NCBI GenBank assembly: GCA_905202255.1 | Contig: CAJKRH010000003.1 | Coordinates: 2,466 to 66,465, forward strand | DNA length: 64,000 nt | From: an uncultured Ruminococcus sp. | GTDB taxonomy: Bacteria; Bacillota; Clostridia; Oscillospirales; CAG-272 | Reading direction: 5' to 3' | Shown here: positions 18,057 to 28,650 of the stretch, in pieces | Numbering within the stretch: the stretch's first letter is position 1 | Layout: every line of letters begins with the position of its first letter | The notes under the pieces: model-generated | What the model saw: only the letters and a program-made list of their open reading frames with translations | Database searches by the model: none | Told to the model about the DNA's origin: nothing | Translations under genes and position numbers: made by a program

Positions 18057-21000
18057 TTATTTTGTCAGGATTCTCGGCGAAGTGAGTATACCCGTTCTCT
18101 TTGTTATATACTCGGGGCACCAGAATCTGCCGCCGCGCGTAATCCAGCTTGTGGGACCGCAATAGCTTATATTTTCGTCTACATTATGGAGCGTGCCGAA
18201 TGTATTCGCCCTGTTTCCGTAGAGCGTTATTTCAAGCGTGTGCTCACCTGCGGAGACGGCGCCGAGCTTCAGTCTTGCCGGAGGATAAATCATCGCGCCC
18301 ATCTCTTTTCCGTCCATGCGCACTTTCATGAGCGCGCCGGCATATCTTGTTATCTCGAGCGTCTTTTCGCCGCCGTCAGAAACAAAAGAAGTCTTATAGG
18401 TGAGGTTTCCGCCGTAAAACGGCATGCCCTGCGATACGATGTCCATATATCCTATCTTTTTCGGCATTTCCGTTATCTTTGCGGATGTGCCCGTCAGCTT
18501 CACACCGAATTTACCGAGTATAAAGCAGCTCTCAAGCTGTGTTATATCTCCGAAGCGATAGTTTATCACAAGGCGGTTTTCACCTTTCTTTATTTTCGGC
18601 AAAGCAATTTTGAGCAGTGCGTCCTCGTCTATATAGTAGCCTACGACATCGTGGCTGACCTTTTCGCCGTTGAATATGATATCATCCGTATATTCGAGGC
18701 ATTCGAGTGCCAGTTCCGCGCCCTCATATTCGATATCGCTCTCGAAATCATAGTAAAGCGGGAGTTTATCCTGTGGATTCTTGTCAAGCGGCTCTGCCCA
18801 TGGCTGCTTCATATGGCTTCCGCGACGGCGGATGCCGAGCGCATCGCGAACAGCCATATCCGTATAGAGAATATCGCGTTCGCGCTTTATTTCACCGCCG
18901 TTCAGGCTGTAAGAGGGCTTGTCAAGCAGGAGCACATTCGGCTCGGCAAGAGAAACCTCCGCTTCTCCCGCGAGAATTTCCTCTCCCGAGAAGCTCTCTT
19001 CGCCTATCTCGCCGACCTCTCCTCTTCCCGCTTCCAGCTCAAGCATGAGCGACGAGCAGGCGCCGCTTATCCATTTGACAAGTGTATTGCCGCCCTCATA
19101 TTTTGCAGGCATAGGACTGATTTCACCGGTTTCGGTATCGAGCAAGGTTACCTTCCATTCGCCGCGCAGCTTCACCGTCAATAAATCAAGAAAAGAGATA
19201 TCGAGATCACCCGCACGGTAGAGATGCGCGATGAAAAGATGCTTTTTCTCACCGTCGGTGCGCATTTGATAAACTATGTTGGAATAAGTGTCTCCGGAAC
19301 CCGTGCAAACCTGCACATCCCTGTATTTTTCGAGACTTGCGAGCACTTCATCCTTCAGCGGATTCACATGGATACATGACTTTGCAAATTCCGCCGCATC
19401 GCCGCTCTCCGCTGCGTCGACATGAGTCGGTATATTGCCCATGAACACCACTTCTCCGCCTGCCGTGCGGAAGTTTTTCAGCGCGTCGAGCGTAGTTTTG
19501 CGCAGCGTCACAAGGTTTGGGACGACCACTGCGTCATATTTCATCTCGCCGACGGCAAAGCCGCTCTCCGTCTTTTTATACTGCGAAGGAAGCATCGCCT
19601 CGCATATGAAATCAAAATCCATACCGTTTGTTATCAGCCAACGCGTAAGATCGCAGAAGAGATTGTCCTTCTCGCGAATCGCCGTCGACGAGCGGTCGTT
19701 CGGTCCGTAAGCAAGCCAGAAACTCTCTATCGGATGAATAACAGCGATACGAACATCTGCTTTGCCGCGCGTCATAGCGGTGTTCACTCTCGCAAAGTGA
19801 TCCTCTATGAGTCTGTATTCCTTATACCAAGGTGATTGATGACCTATGGAAGCGGGATAATCGCGCTTTGCCTCGCCGCGCATGGAAGCCCAGTAAAGAT
19901 GCGGCACGCGCACGGTTACGCCCATTGCCGCCTGCCAGTCACCCTGAAGCTTGTGCCCGCGAAAGTCAAATTCCCATCTCGTCACGCCGTAAAGCTCGGA
20001 GAGAACGCCTGGGGCGCCCATCTGACGGCTCATGCTTTGCGCCTGCTTTGCAGTCGTCAGCTCGCGCTTATCGGCAAGCATATCTATGCCCGGGATGCCG
20101 AAGCCGCGATACTGGCGCATGCAGTCGCCGACAGCCCATGTCTGCGTTTTCAGCAGAAATTCATCCATCACATGACCTGCCATGAGTATATTGTTTTCGC
20201 GGCACCAAGCGCCTATATTGTCGGAGTAAGCCTCGGCAAAACGCTCTGCCGCATGGTCAAAGAAGAGATATCTAATCTTCGAAAGTCTGCCGCCCGCGAG
20301 ATTCCATACTACCTCGGGAAAGCTGTCCAGCAGGCTCACACCGTATGCTGTGCGGAATGTATCCTCAAAATCGTTTGTAAAGGGATATGACGCACCGCCC
20401 TTATCCTGCTTTGCGAAGTTCAGCACTGACACATGGGAAAACTGCGGCTCATCCGTGAATATCGCGGGAACAGCCTTTCCGAATTCATCGCCTATCACAG
20501 CCTTGTATCTCTCGTGCGTTACCTTTATAAACTTATCTATCGCTTCTTTTTTCAGTGTGTCGACATACGCCTGACCGTTGAATCGGTCGTCATCCGCGTC
20601 ATATTCAAGATAGGCAAAATACTTTTTACCCTCGGCACGCTCTGATATATCTATGCGCCTGTATGAGAGGAGGTCTCCGCTTTCGTCGAGGGAAACATCA
20701 TATGCGGCAAGGAAAATATATTTCCCTTTCGGCAGACTCGTAATTGCGTTCGCCTTATCGCTGTCGAGAGTCAGCGTGCCGTCGTCATACGGCGTGGGAG
20801 TAAACCACAGCTTTTTTCTGCGCATTTCGATATCTTCCGTAACAAAACCGCCGGCATAGCCCGAGGGCCACTTATCCTCGTCATAGAGCCAAGCATACAT
20901 GCCCTCGCTCTTCCCCTTTTCCACGCAGAAGCGGACAATATCCATAAATTCATCCGAAAGATACGGCGTGGCAAGCCCTATGCGCGGATGCATATCATAG

Positions 21001-21161
21001 CCGCCGAAGCCCATCTCTTTCATATAGCCGATCTGCTTTGCGAGCAAATCCTTTTTCAGCTCGCAGTTCCATGACCAGAATGGCACAGCGCGGTATTCGC
21101 TTGTAGGATTTTCAAAAAGCCCGCGTGAAAGCGCGGCTTCGCTGTTTTTCGGATAAAACAT
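18057..21161 (-). CDS. large putative glycoside hydrolase (FWSWN-type N-terminus; GH106-like / jelly-roll GH-like family)
   Basis: Start set at ATG 21161 (MFYPKNS), preceded by GGGAGG. The N-terminus ...YRAVPFWSWNCELKKD... resembles the PFWxWN signature I associate with GH106-type and related hydrolases. Function remains uncertain. Confidence 0.55.
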   Translation of the reverse strand: MFYPKNSEAALSRGLFENPTSEYRAVPFWSWNCELKKDLLAKQIGYMKEMGFGGYDMHPRIGLATPYLSDEFMDIVRFCVEKGKSEGMYAWLYDEDKWPSGYAGGFVTEDIEMRRKKLWFTPTPYDDGTLTLDSDKANAITSLPKGKYIFLAAYDVSLDESGDLLSYRRIDISERAEGKKYFAYLEYDADDDRFNGQAYVDTLKKEAIDKFIKVTHERYKAVIGDEFGKAVPAIFTDEPQFSHVSVLNFAKQDKGGASYPFTNDFEDTFRTAYGVSLLDSFPEVVWNLAGGRLSKIRYLFFDHAAERFAEAYSDNIGAWCRENNILMAGHVMDEFLLKTQTWAVGDCMRQYRGFGIPGIDMLADKRELTTAKQAQSMSRQMGAPGVLSELYGVTRWEFDFRGHKLQGDWQAAMGVTVRVPHLYWASMRGEAKRDYPASIGHQSPWYKEYRLIEDHFARVNTAMTRGKADVRIAVIHPIESFWLAYGPNDRSSTAIREKDNLFCDLTRWLITNGMDFDFICEAMLPSQYKKTESGFAVGEMKYDAVVVPNLVTLRKTTLDALKNFRTAGGEVVFMGNIPTHVDAAESGDAAEFAKSCIHVNPLKDEVLASLEKYRDVQVCTGSGDTYSNIVYQMRTDGEKKHLFIAHLYRAGDLDISFLDLLTVKLRGEWKVTLLDTETGEISPMPAKYEGGNTLVKWISGACSSLMLELEAGRGEVGEIGEESFSGEEILAGEAEVSLAEPNVLLLDKPSYSLNGGEIKRERDILYTDMAVRDALGIRRRGSHMKQPWAEPLDKNPQDKLPLYYDFESDIEYEGAELALECLEYTDDIIFNGEKVSHDVVGYYIDEDALLKIALPKIKKGENRLVINYRFGDITQLESCFILGKFGVKLTGTSAKITEMPKKIGYMDIVSQGMPFYGGNLTYKTSFVSDGGEKTLEITRYAGALMKVRMDGKEMGAMIYPPARLKLGAVSAGEHTLEITLYGNRANTFGTLHNVDENISYCGPTSWITRGGRFWCPEYITKRTGILTSPRILTK

Positions 21162-21265
21162 AAAAACCTCCCAAAAAAATAATGCAGGCGCTCTTTTAAG
21201 CACCTACATTATAAACTAAACAAAGGTATAAGTCAACATCAAAACCGAAAATAAGGCTCCGATTT

Positions 21266-22075
21266 TTATTTGTCGAAAGCATTGAGAAATGAAGAAAGCC
21301 TTTCGTTCCCGTTTCCCGAGAAAAGCTCCTCCGGAGTTCCGTACGCAGCGGCAATTCCCTCACTCATAAACATAATCTTATCAGAAACCTTGCGGGCAAA
21401 ATCCATTTCGTGAGTGACGATAATCATGGTTCTCTCGCTGTCCCGAAGCTCGCGGATAACCTTTAGCACCTCGCCCGTAAGCTCCGGATCGAGTGCGCTT
21501 GTCGGCTCATCAAAGCAAAGAATATCGGGACTCTGCATCAGAGCTCTCGCAATAGATACCCTCTGCTGCTGTCCCCCCGAAAGCTCGCATGGGTATGAAT
21601 TTCTCTTCTGCAAAAGCCCTACCTTGGAAAGAAGTGCCTCGGCATCCGCATCTACCTTGTCGTAAAGGCTCTTTTTCGCTTCGCCGCTGAGTTTTTCGCG
21701 CTTTGCCGTCTCTGCGGCACGCATTTTCGACGCGAGAGTCAGATTTTCGAAAACCGTATACTGCGGAAAAAGATTGAACGACTGGAAAACAAGCCCGAAA
21801 TGAAGCCTCTTTTCGCGAAGCTCGGAATTTTTCGTGCGCGATGTGTCGTACGCGGAAAAAATCTTCTGCCCATCTATGAAAATTTCGCCTTTATCTGGTG
21901 TCTCGAGGAAGTTGAGACAGCGCAAAAGCGTTGTCTTTCCGCTTCCGGAGGAGCCTATGATGCTCAGCACCTGCCCCTTTTCCAGCGTGAAATCCACACC
22001 GCGCAGAACCTGCGTATCGTTGAAATATTTTTCCAAGCCCTTTACTTCAAGAAATGCCATTTTCTTCTCCATCAT
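21266..22075 (-). CDS. amino-acid ABC transporter ATP-binding protein (GlnQ-like)
   Basis: GSSGSGKTT, LSGGQQQRVSIARA and ILCFDEPTSALD. The start overlaps the permease stop by 4 bp. Confidence 0.9.
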   Translation of the reverse strand: MMEKKMAFLEVKGLEKYFNDTQVLRGVDFTLEKGQVLSIIGSSGSGKTTLLRCLNFLETPDKGEIFIDGQKIFSAYDTSRTKNSELREKRLHFGLVFQSFNLFPQYTVFENLTLASKMRAAETAKREKLSGEAKKSLYDKVDADAEALLSKVGLLQKRNSYPCELSGGQQQRVSIARALMQSPDILCFDEPTSALDPELTGEVLKVIRELRDSERTMIIVTHEMDFARKVSDKIMFMSEGIAAAYGTPEELFSGNGNERLSSFLNAFDK

Positions 22076-22719
22076 ATTTTATAGTAAGCAAGCTTCTTTT
22101 CCAGATAACCGAAAAGGAGCGTGAGCAGTCCGACGAAAATGAGATAGAATACGCCCGCGTAGAAGAGCGGCCATATGAGTCCTCGCATGCTCATCAGATC
22201 CTCGGCGCATTTCAAAACCTCGGCGACGAGAATGACGCGGGCGAGCGCCGTGTCCTTGACAAGGGTTATCACCTCGTTTGACATGGGGGCGAGTATACGC
22301 TTGACTACCTGCATGAGAACAACGCGGAAAAATATCTGCGCCTTTGTCATGCCGAGAACCTGCCCTGCCTCATACTGCCCTGCGGGTATGCTCTCTATTC
22401 CCCCGCGATAGATTTCGGAGAAATAGCAGGCATAATTTATGGCAAAGGCTATTATTACAGCGGTAAAGCGCGATGATACGGGTGCTCCGAACACAAAACC
22501 CGGGACATAGAATACTACAAATATCTGCAGCATCAGCGGCACACCGCGTATTATCCAGACAAAAACCTTTACAAGGTATGAGAGCGGCTTGAAACGCGAC
22601 ATGGAGCCCCATGCTATTATCAAGCCGAGCGGTAACGCTATCACCAGCGTCAACGCGAATATAAGGCAGGTTGTTTTCAGCCCCGAAAGCAGGCTCAGCG
22701 TAACTTCCGCAAAACTCAT
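22072..22719 (-). CDS. amino-acid ABC transporter permease (His/Glu/Gln/Arg/opine family)
   Basis: 215-aa protein with about 5 TM segments and the loop EAGQVLGMTKAQIFFRVVLMQ. Confidence 0.88.
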   Translation of the reverse strand: MSFAEVTLSLLSGLKTTCLIFALTLVIALPLGLIIAWGSMSRFKPLSYLVKVFVWIIRGVPLMLQIFVVFYVPGFVFGAPVSSRFTAVIIAFAINYACYFSEIYRGGIESIPAGQYEAGQVLGMTKAQIFFRVVLMQVVKRILAPMSNEVITLVKDTALARVILVAEVLKCAEDLMSMRGLIWPLFYAGVFYLIFVGLLTLLFGYLEKKLAYYKI

Positions 22720-22738
22720 CTTACTTATCCTTTGTCAA

Positions 22739-23545
22739 TCAATAGTTAATCGTTTCCTGAACGGAAAGGCTGTTTTCGAGTCCGTATTTCTTTGCGATTT
22801 CGAGAAGCTTTCCGTTGTCGCGCAGAGTTTTGATAGCCTCGTTTACCTTGGCTGTGAGGTCACTGCCGCGGCGGAAGCCGATTGCATATATCTCGGATTC
22901 GAGCTCTATTGCGTTCACTATGCAGAGGTCATCGTAGTTGCCCTTGCCGCAGACATTCTGCGCGAGGATAATATCGACTACCGCAAAATCAGCCGCACCG
23001 GATTTTACCTCTGTGAATGTGTTTATCTGAGCCGCCGCCTTGACAACCTTGCCGCTCTCGCCTACAGCTTCGTCGGCATAGCTCTGACCTGCGCTGCCCG
23101 ATTCCACCACAGCCGTCTTGCCGACAAGATCTGCCTCGCTCTTGTAGCTGTCGAGATTTGATTTCTTTACAACAACGCACTGCTGATTGAGCATATAGCC
23201 GTAGGAGAAATCGACAAGCTCTTTTCTCGGCGTGCCGTTATCGGAGCTGTTTGCCGTGAAGCCGTTCCAGATGCAGTCGATGGCACCCGAGGAAAGCTCA
23301 TTGTACTTCTGCTCCCACTGTATCTCCTGAAATTCTACTTTCATTCCGAGGATTTTGCCGACTTCCTTGGCAAAATCGCTGTCGAAGCCGACCCATTCGC
23401 CGTTTTCGTCCTTGTAATTTATGCGGTCGACAAGCGTGACGCCGCAGACGAGTGTGTCATCATCCTTTTTGCCGCATGAAGCAAAAGCAAAAAGCATCAT
23501 CGCCGCCATAGCCGCGGCAAGAATAAGGGAAACAATTCTTTTCAT
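22739..23545 (-). CDS. amino-acid ABC transporter substrate-binding lipoprotein
   Basis: Lipobox FAFASCG. SBP_bac_3-like pattern (..DGEWVGFDSDFAKEVGKILGMKVEFQEIQW..). Confidence 0.85.
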   Translation of the reverse strand: MKRIVSLILAAAMAAMMLFAFASCGKKDDDTLVCGVTLVDRINYKDENGEWVGFDSDFAKEVGKILGMKVEFQEIQWEQKYNELSSGAIDCIWNGFTANSSDNGTPRKELVDFSYGYMLNQQCVVVKKSNLDSYKSEADLVGKTAVVESGSAGQSYADEAVGESGKVVKAAAQINTFTEVKSGAADFAVVDIILAQNVCGKGNYDDLCIVNAIELESEIYAIGFRRGSDLTAKVNEAIKTLRDNGKLLEIAKKYGLENSLSVQETINY

Positions 23546-23669
23546 TTCATTATACCTCTGTTCGATGTGAATTTGTTTTAGCGTTTTACTATGTTAAAAC
23601 GATGATACGATAATATCACAGCTTTCCCGATTTGTCAAGAGGTTTTATGAAAAAAATTTCATATTTTTT

Positions 23670-25274
23670 TCAGTCCGGAAAATCAAATACCACTTCCGTC
23701 GATGGCGGCAGGCGGTTGTAGGTTTTATACCAGTTCCAATGGTAAGGAACATTGTCATACGGCATGATGTATTTATATTCTCCGTTTTTGAGATATTCGA
23801 GATGCAGAGGTGCTGTCTCGTCGCCCTCCGCTTTCCACTGCTCTATGCGCGCCGCGTTCTCTCTGTGTATCGCATAATTTTCGCCGTAGCCGCAGGCAAA
23901 AGAAAGCATGCTGTCAAAGCAGAGCGCACAGAGCGCGGCAAGAAGAAATGCGCAGGATGCCGTTTTCTTCCTTGCAAGTGCGGTTATCACAGCCGCAAGC
24001 GCAAAAACGGATATTGCGGCAAGCACAAAGCGCCCGTATGAGAAAAGAAGCGCCGCCGCGACCGCCGTCGGCACCAATGAAATCTTTCTTTTGCAGATGC
24101 CATCGAGTATAATCGGAAAAAGAAGCACGACGGAGACGAGGGTTGTCCTGCCGCCGTATTCCGGCGAAACAAGCATGCATGCCTGAAGCACTGCGGAAAT
24201 CAGAACGAAGAAAGCTCCGTCGTCGCCCTCGCGGAAAAATGCGATTATCTTTTCCGCGGCGATTTCCGCGAGTGCCACGAGAGCAAAAGCCGCCCTTATT
24301 GCGCCCGAAGTCGTGCCGTCGCCGTTCATGACAATGAGCGCGACGGACGCAGCGCAGAGTGCTATCGGAATCATGCGCCAAAATTCACGCTTCTCTTTTA
24401 TTTTGGCAAGAGAATCACCGATATGGCAGGCAAAGAGAATGGCAAGCGCGGTTCCCATGCCTATCTTCCCCGACATGCTGTTTGCCACCGCGGGAATATT
24501 GTCGGCTATGCGCTCAGTAAGCGACTTCGCATAGAAATCGGGATAGTATGTCATGCGCACGGAGTTTCCCGGGGCAAGGAAAAGAAGCGCCGCTCCGAGC
24601 GCGACCGATACAGCCGCAAAATACATGGCGGCATCGGGCTTTTTCTTTGCTTTAATCCGCAGGATAAAAGCGTAAGCCACCACAGCTATCGCTCCCGCGG
24701 AGCACTGCTCCGTCGAAAACGCGCAGAAAAACGCAAGCACAGGCACGGCGGCACCGCATCTCCATTTTTCCTCGCCGCGCTTTACAAGATAGAAAAGCAA
24801 AAGCAGGAGCAGAATCGGATAAAGATAATTGAGTGCGCCTGTCGCCCAATAGATACTCTGCCGCGCGATGTCAAGCGAAATCGAGGCAAAAAGCAGGCAC
24901 GAAACGACAAGCGCTATGCGAAATTCCTCCGTGTCGATTCCGTTTCTGTATGCCTTGGCTCCGATAAGTGCCGAAAGCAGAGTGACGGCGGCGATGCATA
25001 GCGTGCCGAAAATGCGCCATGCCACCATCTGACCGCCCGCGAGCAGCAACTCATCGAGCAGATGGACGAGCGCGCGCCCGTTGGTTTTCATATAATGAAA
25101 GATGTTTTCGTCTACAAAATGCGAAAATCCCTCGTAGAAAAACGAACCGTAGTAATAATCGTCGCCGTATGCCACGGTAAAACTCATCGTCACCGCGACA
25201 AAAGCGACAAACAGCGCAAAAACCGCTATATGATAATTCCGCCTTGCAAAGCCGAAAATTTTCAAATCATTCAC
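23670..25274 (-). CDS. large polytopic membrane protein (possible GT-C-like / DUF6056-like)
   Basis: 534 aa with at least 10 hydrophobic segments. The N-terminal YGDDYYYGSFFYEG...TNGRALVHLL resembles membrane glycosyltransferase-like DUF proteins. The family call is weak. Confidence 0.5.
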   Translation of the reverse strand: MNDLKIFGFARRNYHIAVFALFVAFVAVTMSFTVAYGDDYYYGSFFYEGFSHFVDENIFHYMKTNGRALVHLLDELLLAGGQMVAWRIFGTLCIAAVTLLSALIGAKAYRNGIDTEEFRIALVVSCLLFASISLDIARQSIYWATGALNYLYPILLLLLLFYLVKRGEEKWRCGAAVPVLAFFCAFSTEQCSAGAIAVVAYAFILRIKAKKKPDAAMYFAAVSVALGAALLFLAPGNSVRMTYYPDFYAKSLTERIADNIPAVANSMSGKIGMGTALAILFACHIGDSLAKIKEKREFWRMIPIALCAASVALIVMNGDGTTSGAIRAAFALVALAEIAAEKIIAFFREGDDGAFFVLISAVLQACMLVSPEYGGRTTLVSVVLLFPIILDGICKRKISLVPTAVAAALLFSYGRFVLAAISVFALAAVITALARKKTASCAFLLAALCALCFDSMLSFACGYGENYAIHRENAARIEQWKAEGDETAPLHLEYLKNGEYKYIMPYDNVPYHWNWYKTYNRLPPSTEVVFDFPD

Positions 25275-25441
25275 CCCTTTTTCTGTATTTTACCAAAAAT
25301 CTGCACGCTTGTCAAACGCCTGCTTGTATTTATCTTAAATAAAATTGTATTTTCATGTTTATTTTCGTTTTTATAATTGATTTTATCCGCGATTTCTGTT
25401 AAACTGTAGCCATAGAAAACAAATCCGAAAGGAAATTTTTT

Positions 25442-28081
25442 ATGAAAATCAAGGAAAATTCGTTAAGAGTCAATAATCAGCTCTCCCCTGTCATCGACAG
25501 TACGCCCTTTTTCTCATGGGAGCTTGATGGTAGCCCCGCCGAGCATCAGAAAAGCTACAAGGTCACGGTGACGCGCGAAAACGGAAGCGTTGTCTGGACA
25601 TCTGGCACGGTAGAGAGCGAAAAGCGCTGTTATATCCATATGGAGGAGAAAAACGAACCGCTTTCCCGCTATCTCTGCCATGTCGAGATAACGGATGAAA
25701 ACGGAAACAAATCTTCTGCCTGCTCGTCCTTTCGTACAGGAAAAATGGGCGGCGAATGGCAGGCAAAGTGGATAACGGGATATTTTCTTCGCAAGCGCGA
25801 CGATGCGCTCGCAGCCCCTTATCTGCGAAAGGATTTTGCGCTCTCTGGAACGGTAAAGGACGCCATGCTCTATATCTGCGGACTCGGATATTTTGTCTGC
25901 ACGATAAACGGCAAGCGCGTAAACGAGGAATTTCTCTCCACACCGTATACCGATTACAGCAAGCATATTTTCTATCGCGCCTTTGATATAAAAGATAAGC
26001 TTGCGGAGAAAAACGCAATAGGCGTTGTGCTCGGAAACGGGTTTTACAATTGCTTTACGGATGATCCGTGGCAATCCCGCTTCGCACCGTGGCGCGATGT
26101 TCCGAAAATGATATGCGAACTTCATATCGAATACGAAAACGGCGAAAAAGAAATAATCTCGAGCGACCCCTCATGGCAGAGCTCGCGCGGTCCCATCACA
26201 TTCAACGGTATACGCCACGGCGAAGAATACAATGCCAACCTCGAGATGCCGGGCTGGGATACATACGGATATACATGCGGCGAAGGCTGGAAAAATGCGC
26301 GTATGGTTCGTCCCGCAGGCGGTGAGCTTTTGCTGATGGAAATGGAACCGATAACAATCCGCATGCGCCGCCCTGCCGTGCGCATGAAAAATTACGACGG
26401 CAAAACGCTCTTTGATATCGGTCAGAATCAGGCGGGTGTATGCCTGCTCACATTGCGCGGCAAGAAGGGCGACAGGATAACGATAAAATACTGCGACCTT
26501 CTCGATAAGGACGGCAAGCTTACCCAGTGGCCGCTCAGCTGCTTCATAAAAAACTATACATTCCAGACCGAGGTTTATACAAAGAAAAGCGACGAACCCG
26601 AGGTATGGCATTCGGAATTTACATATCACGGCTTCCAGTATGCAGAGATAGACGGCGGAGACGAAAACAGACAGCTCTCCGATGTCGTGGCTCTTTCGCT
26701 TTCAAATAATCTGCGCGACAGAGGCGAATTTACCACCTCGGACGAAACGATAAATAAGGTTCAGAAAATGTGCATAGAGTCTACGCGCTCATGTACCATG
26801 AATACGATAGCTTCCGATGCCGTCCGTGAAAAAACATCGTGGATAGGCGATGCGGGCTTCTCGAGCGAACAGATACTCATAAACTTCGCTTCCGAGCAGT
26901 TTATGAACAGATGGCTGCTTGACCTCCGTGATGCACAGACGCCGGCAGGTGCCGTTCCCTGCGTTGTTCCCTCCACGGGATGGGGCTTCAACTCACTCAA
27001 CGGCCCCGACTGGGCAAGCACCATAATCGATTCCACGGCATTTCTCTACCGTGCCACGGGCGACCTTGCATACCTGAGAGAAAACTACGATATGCTCCGC
27101 CGTCACTGCTCACATATTTCGCAGATGGCTATAGACGGCATAGCAAATTACGGACTGGGCGACTGGTGCGCTCCGTTTGAGGGTGAGGCGATAAGCGTGA
27201 ATATGGGCTCATTCAAGTGTCCCGTCACCGTAACCGATACAGGCTACTATCATACCGCCGTGCGCACGCTCGCACGCTGGGCAAAGCTTCTCGGCAAAAC
27301 AGAGGACGAAAAGAAATATACCGCCCTTGCCGACAGCATAAAGAAAGCATTCCGAAGCAAACTCTATGATGAAAGCACGCATACGGTAAAGGGCAATTGC
27401 CAGACGGCAACAGGCGTTATGATATATCACGGGCTTTGCGAAAAGGACGAATATGCACCGCTCATAGCACGCCTTAAGGAACAGATAGCCGAGCAGAACG
27501 GACATCTTGATTTCGGCGTACTCGGAAACAAAGCCGTTTTCAATGCGCTCGGTATGTGCGGCGAGGTACGCACCGCGCTCGACCTCATAAAGAATCCTAC
27601 TTTCCCGAGCTATAAGCACTGGATAGATATGGGCGCAAATACGCTCTGGGAATGCTGGAACGGTCTCGGCTCGCGAAACCACCATATGTTCTCCGATGTT
27701 TCCGCTTTCTTCTATAAATATATCGGCGGTATCTCGGCAGATGATGACATGCCCGCATATGAGCATATCATTCTCCGCCCTGCTGCCGGTTGCGGCATAA
27801 AAAAGGTGCATTGCTCGGTTGAAACTCCGTACGGAAAGGCAGTAAGCGATTTTGAAAATGACGGAAAGACGCTCCGCCTCTCGCTGACTGTTCCCTCCGG
27901 CTCGCATGCGACACTCTTCCTGCCGATGTATCTCGATGATGTTTTCGAGGGCGCTCCGCATACGCCATTTGCCGAAAAGCTCACGGCAAGCGGCAATGCT
28001 GTGAAATTTGCCCCAGGAGATATGTCGGATATAAAAGCCGAACTCCCATCCGGCGAATATACATTTACAGCAAAAATATAA
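25442..28081 (+). CDS. alpha-L-rhamnosidase, glycoside hydrolase family 78
   Basis: 879 aa. Motifs AAPYLRKDF, YICGLGYF..INGKRV, FDIGQNQAG, GDWCAPFEG and WECWNG..HHMFSDVSAFFYKYIGGI are typical of GH78. Confidence 0.9.
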   Translation: MKIKENSLRVNNQLSPVIDSTPFFSWELDGSPAEHQKSYKVTVTRENGSVVWTSGTVESEKRCYIHMEEKNEPLSRYLCHVEITDENGNKSSACSSFRTGKMGGEWQAKWITGYFLRKRDDALAAPYLRKDFALSGTVKDAMLYICGLGYFVCTINGKRVNEEFLSTPYTDYSKHIFYRAFDIKDKLAEKNAIGVVLGNGFYNCFTDDPWQSRFAPWRDVPKMICELHIEYENGEKEIISSDPSWQSSRGPITFNGIRHGEEYNANLEMPGWDTYGYTCGEGWKNARMVRPAGGELLLMEMEPITIRMRRPAVRMKNYDGKTLFDIGQNQAGVCLLTLRGKKGDRITIKYCDLLDKDGKLTQWPLSCFIKNYTFQTEVYTKKSDEPEVWHSEFTYHGFQYAEIDGGDENRQLSDVVALSLSNNLRDRGEFTTSDETINKVQKMCIESTRSCTMNTIASDAVREKTSWIGDAGFSSEQILINFASEQFMNRWLLDLRDAQTPAGAVPCVVPSTGWGFNSLNGPDWASTIIDSTAFLYRATGDLAYLRENYDMLRRHCSHISQMAIDGIANYGLGDWCAPFEGEAISVNMGSFKCPVTVTDTGYYHTAVRTLARWAKLLGKTEDEKKYTALADSIKKAFRSKLYDESTHTVKGNCQTATGVMIYHGLCEKDEYAPLIARLKEQIAEQNGHLDFGVLGNKAVFNALGMCGEVRTALDLIKNPTFPSYKHWIDMGANTLWECWNGLGSRNHHMFSDVSAFFYKYIGGISADDDMPAYEHIILRPAAGCGIKKVHCSVETPYGKAVSDFENDGKTLRLSLTVPSGSHATLFLPMYLDDVFEGAPHTPFAEKLTASGNAVKFAPGDMSDIKAELPSGEYTFTAKI

Positions 28082-28083
28082 CT

Positions 28084-28118
28084 AAAAAGGAATCCGCAGA
28101 TGATGCGGATTCCTTTTT
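28084..28118. terminator. bidirectional intrinsic terminator
   Basis: AAAAAGGAATCCGCA-GATGA-TGCGGATTCCTTTTT. Confidence 0.8.
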
Positions 28119-28133
28119 AGTATTCAAAACATA

Positions 28134-28643
28134 TCAACTGAAAACCTCTTCATATGGGATATTTCCGTCATCGTCCTTGGCATACCAGTGATAATAGAAG
28201 TCGCGCGGTCTTATCCATTTTTTAAAATCAATGTAGTACTCGGTATCTACCGCTTCTTTCAGTTCATCAAGATTGTTGAAATACATATATTCGTCACTGT
28301 CCAAATCAATCACAAGATATTTTATATAAGTTGCACCGACAAGTCCCAAATCTGATGTATCTTTGCCATTATCCCCGTCGCTTATCTGAATAAAGATATA
28401 TTTATCGTTATAGGCAAAATAAGAAATTCTGTCTTTTGTCGGCTCATGAAGTTCCGCACTGCCGTCCTTTGCGCTTAACTGGTCTATGGAAACATAAAAC
28501 GGACCACGATGAATATAATATCTGCCATCAGCAATCTTAAAATTGTAATCGCTCAACCCCGGTCCCGGAATGCATGAAGTCAAGAGCGTAAAACATATTG
28601 CTGCCAGCAAAACAAAGCCTGTTATATTTTTTAGTTTTTTCAT
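28134..28643 (-). CDS. lipoprotein of unknown function, tandem paralogue 1
   Basis: Start set at MKKLKNITGFVLLAAICFTLLTSC (lipobox). It shares its N-terminus, central ISYFAYNDKYIF.QISDG and C-terminus with the upstream paralogue. Confidence 0.7.
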   Translation of the reverse strand: MKKLKNITGFVLLAAICFTLLTSCIPGPGLSDYNFKIADGRYYIHRGPFYVSIDQLSAKDGSAELHEPTKDRISYFAYNDKYIFIQISDGDNGKDTSDLGLVGATYIKYLVIDLDSDEYMYFNNLDELKEAVDTEYYIDFKKWIRPRDFYYHWYAKDDDGNIPYEEVFS

Positions 28644-28650
28644 AATCATA

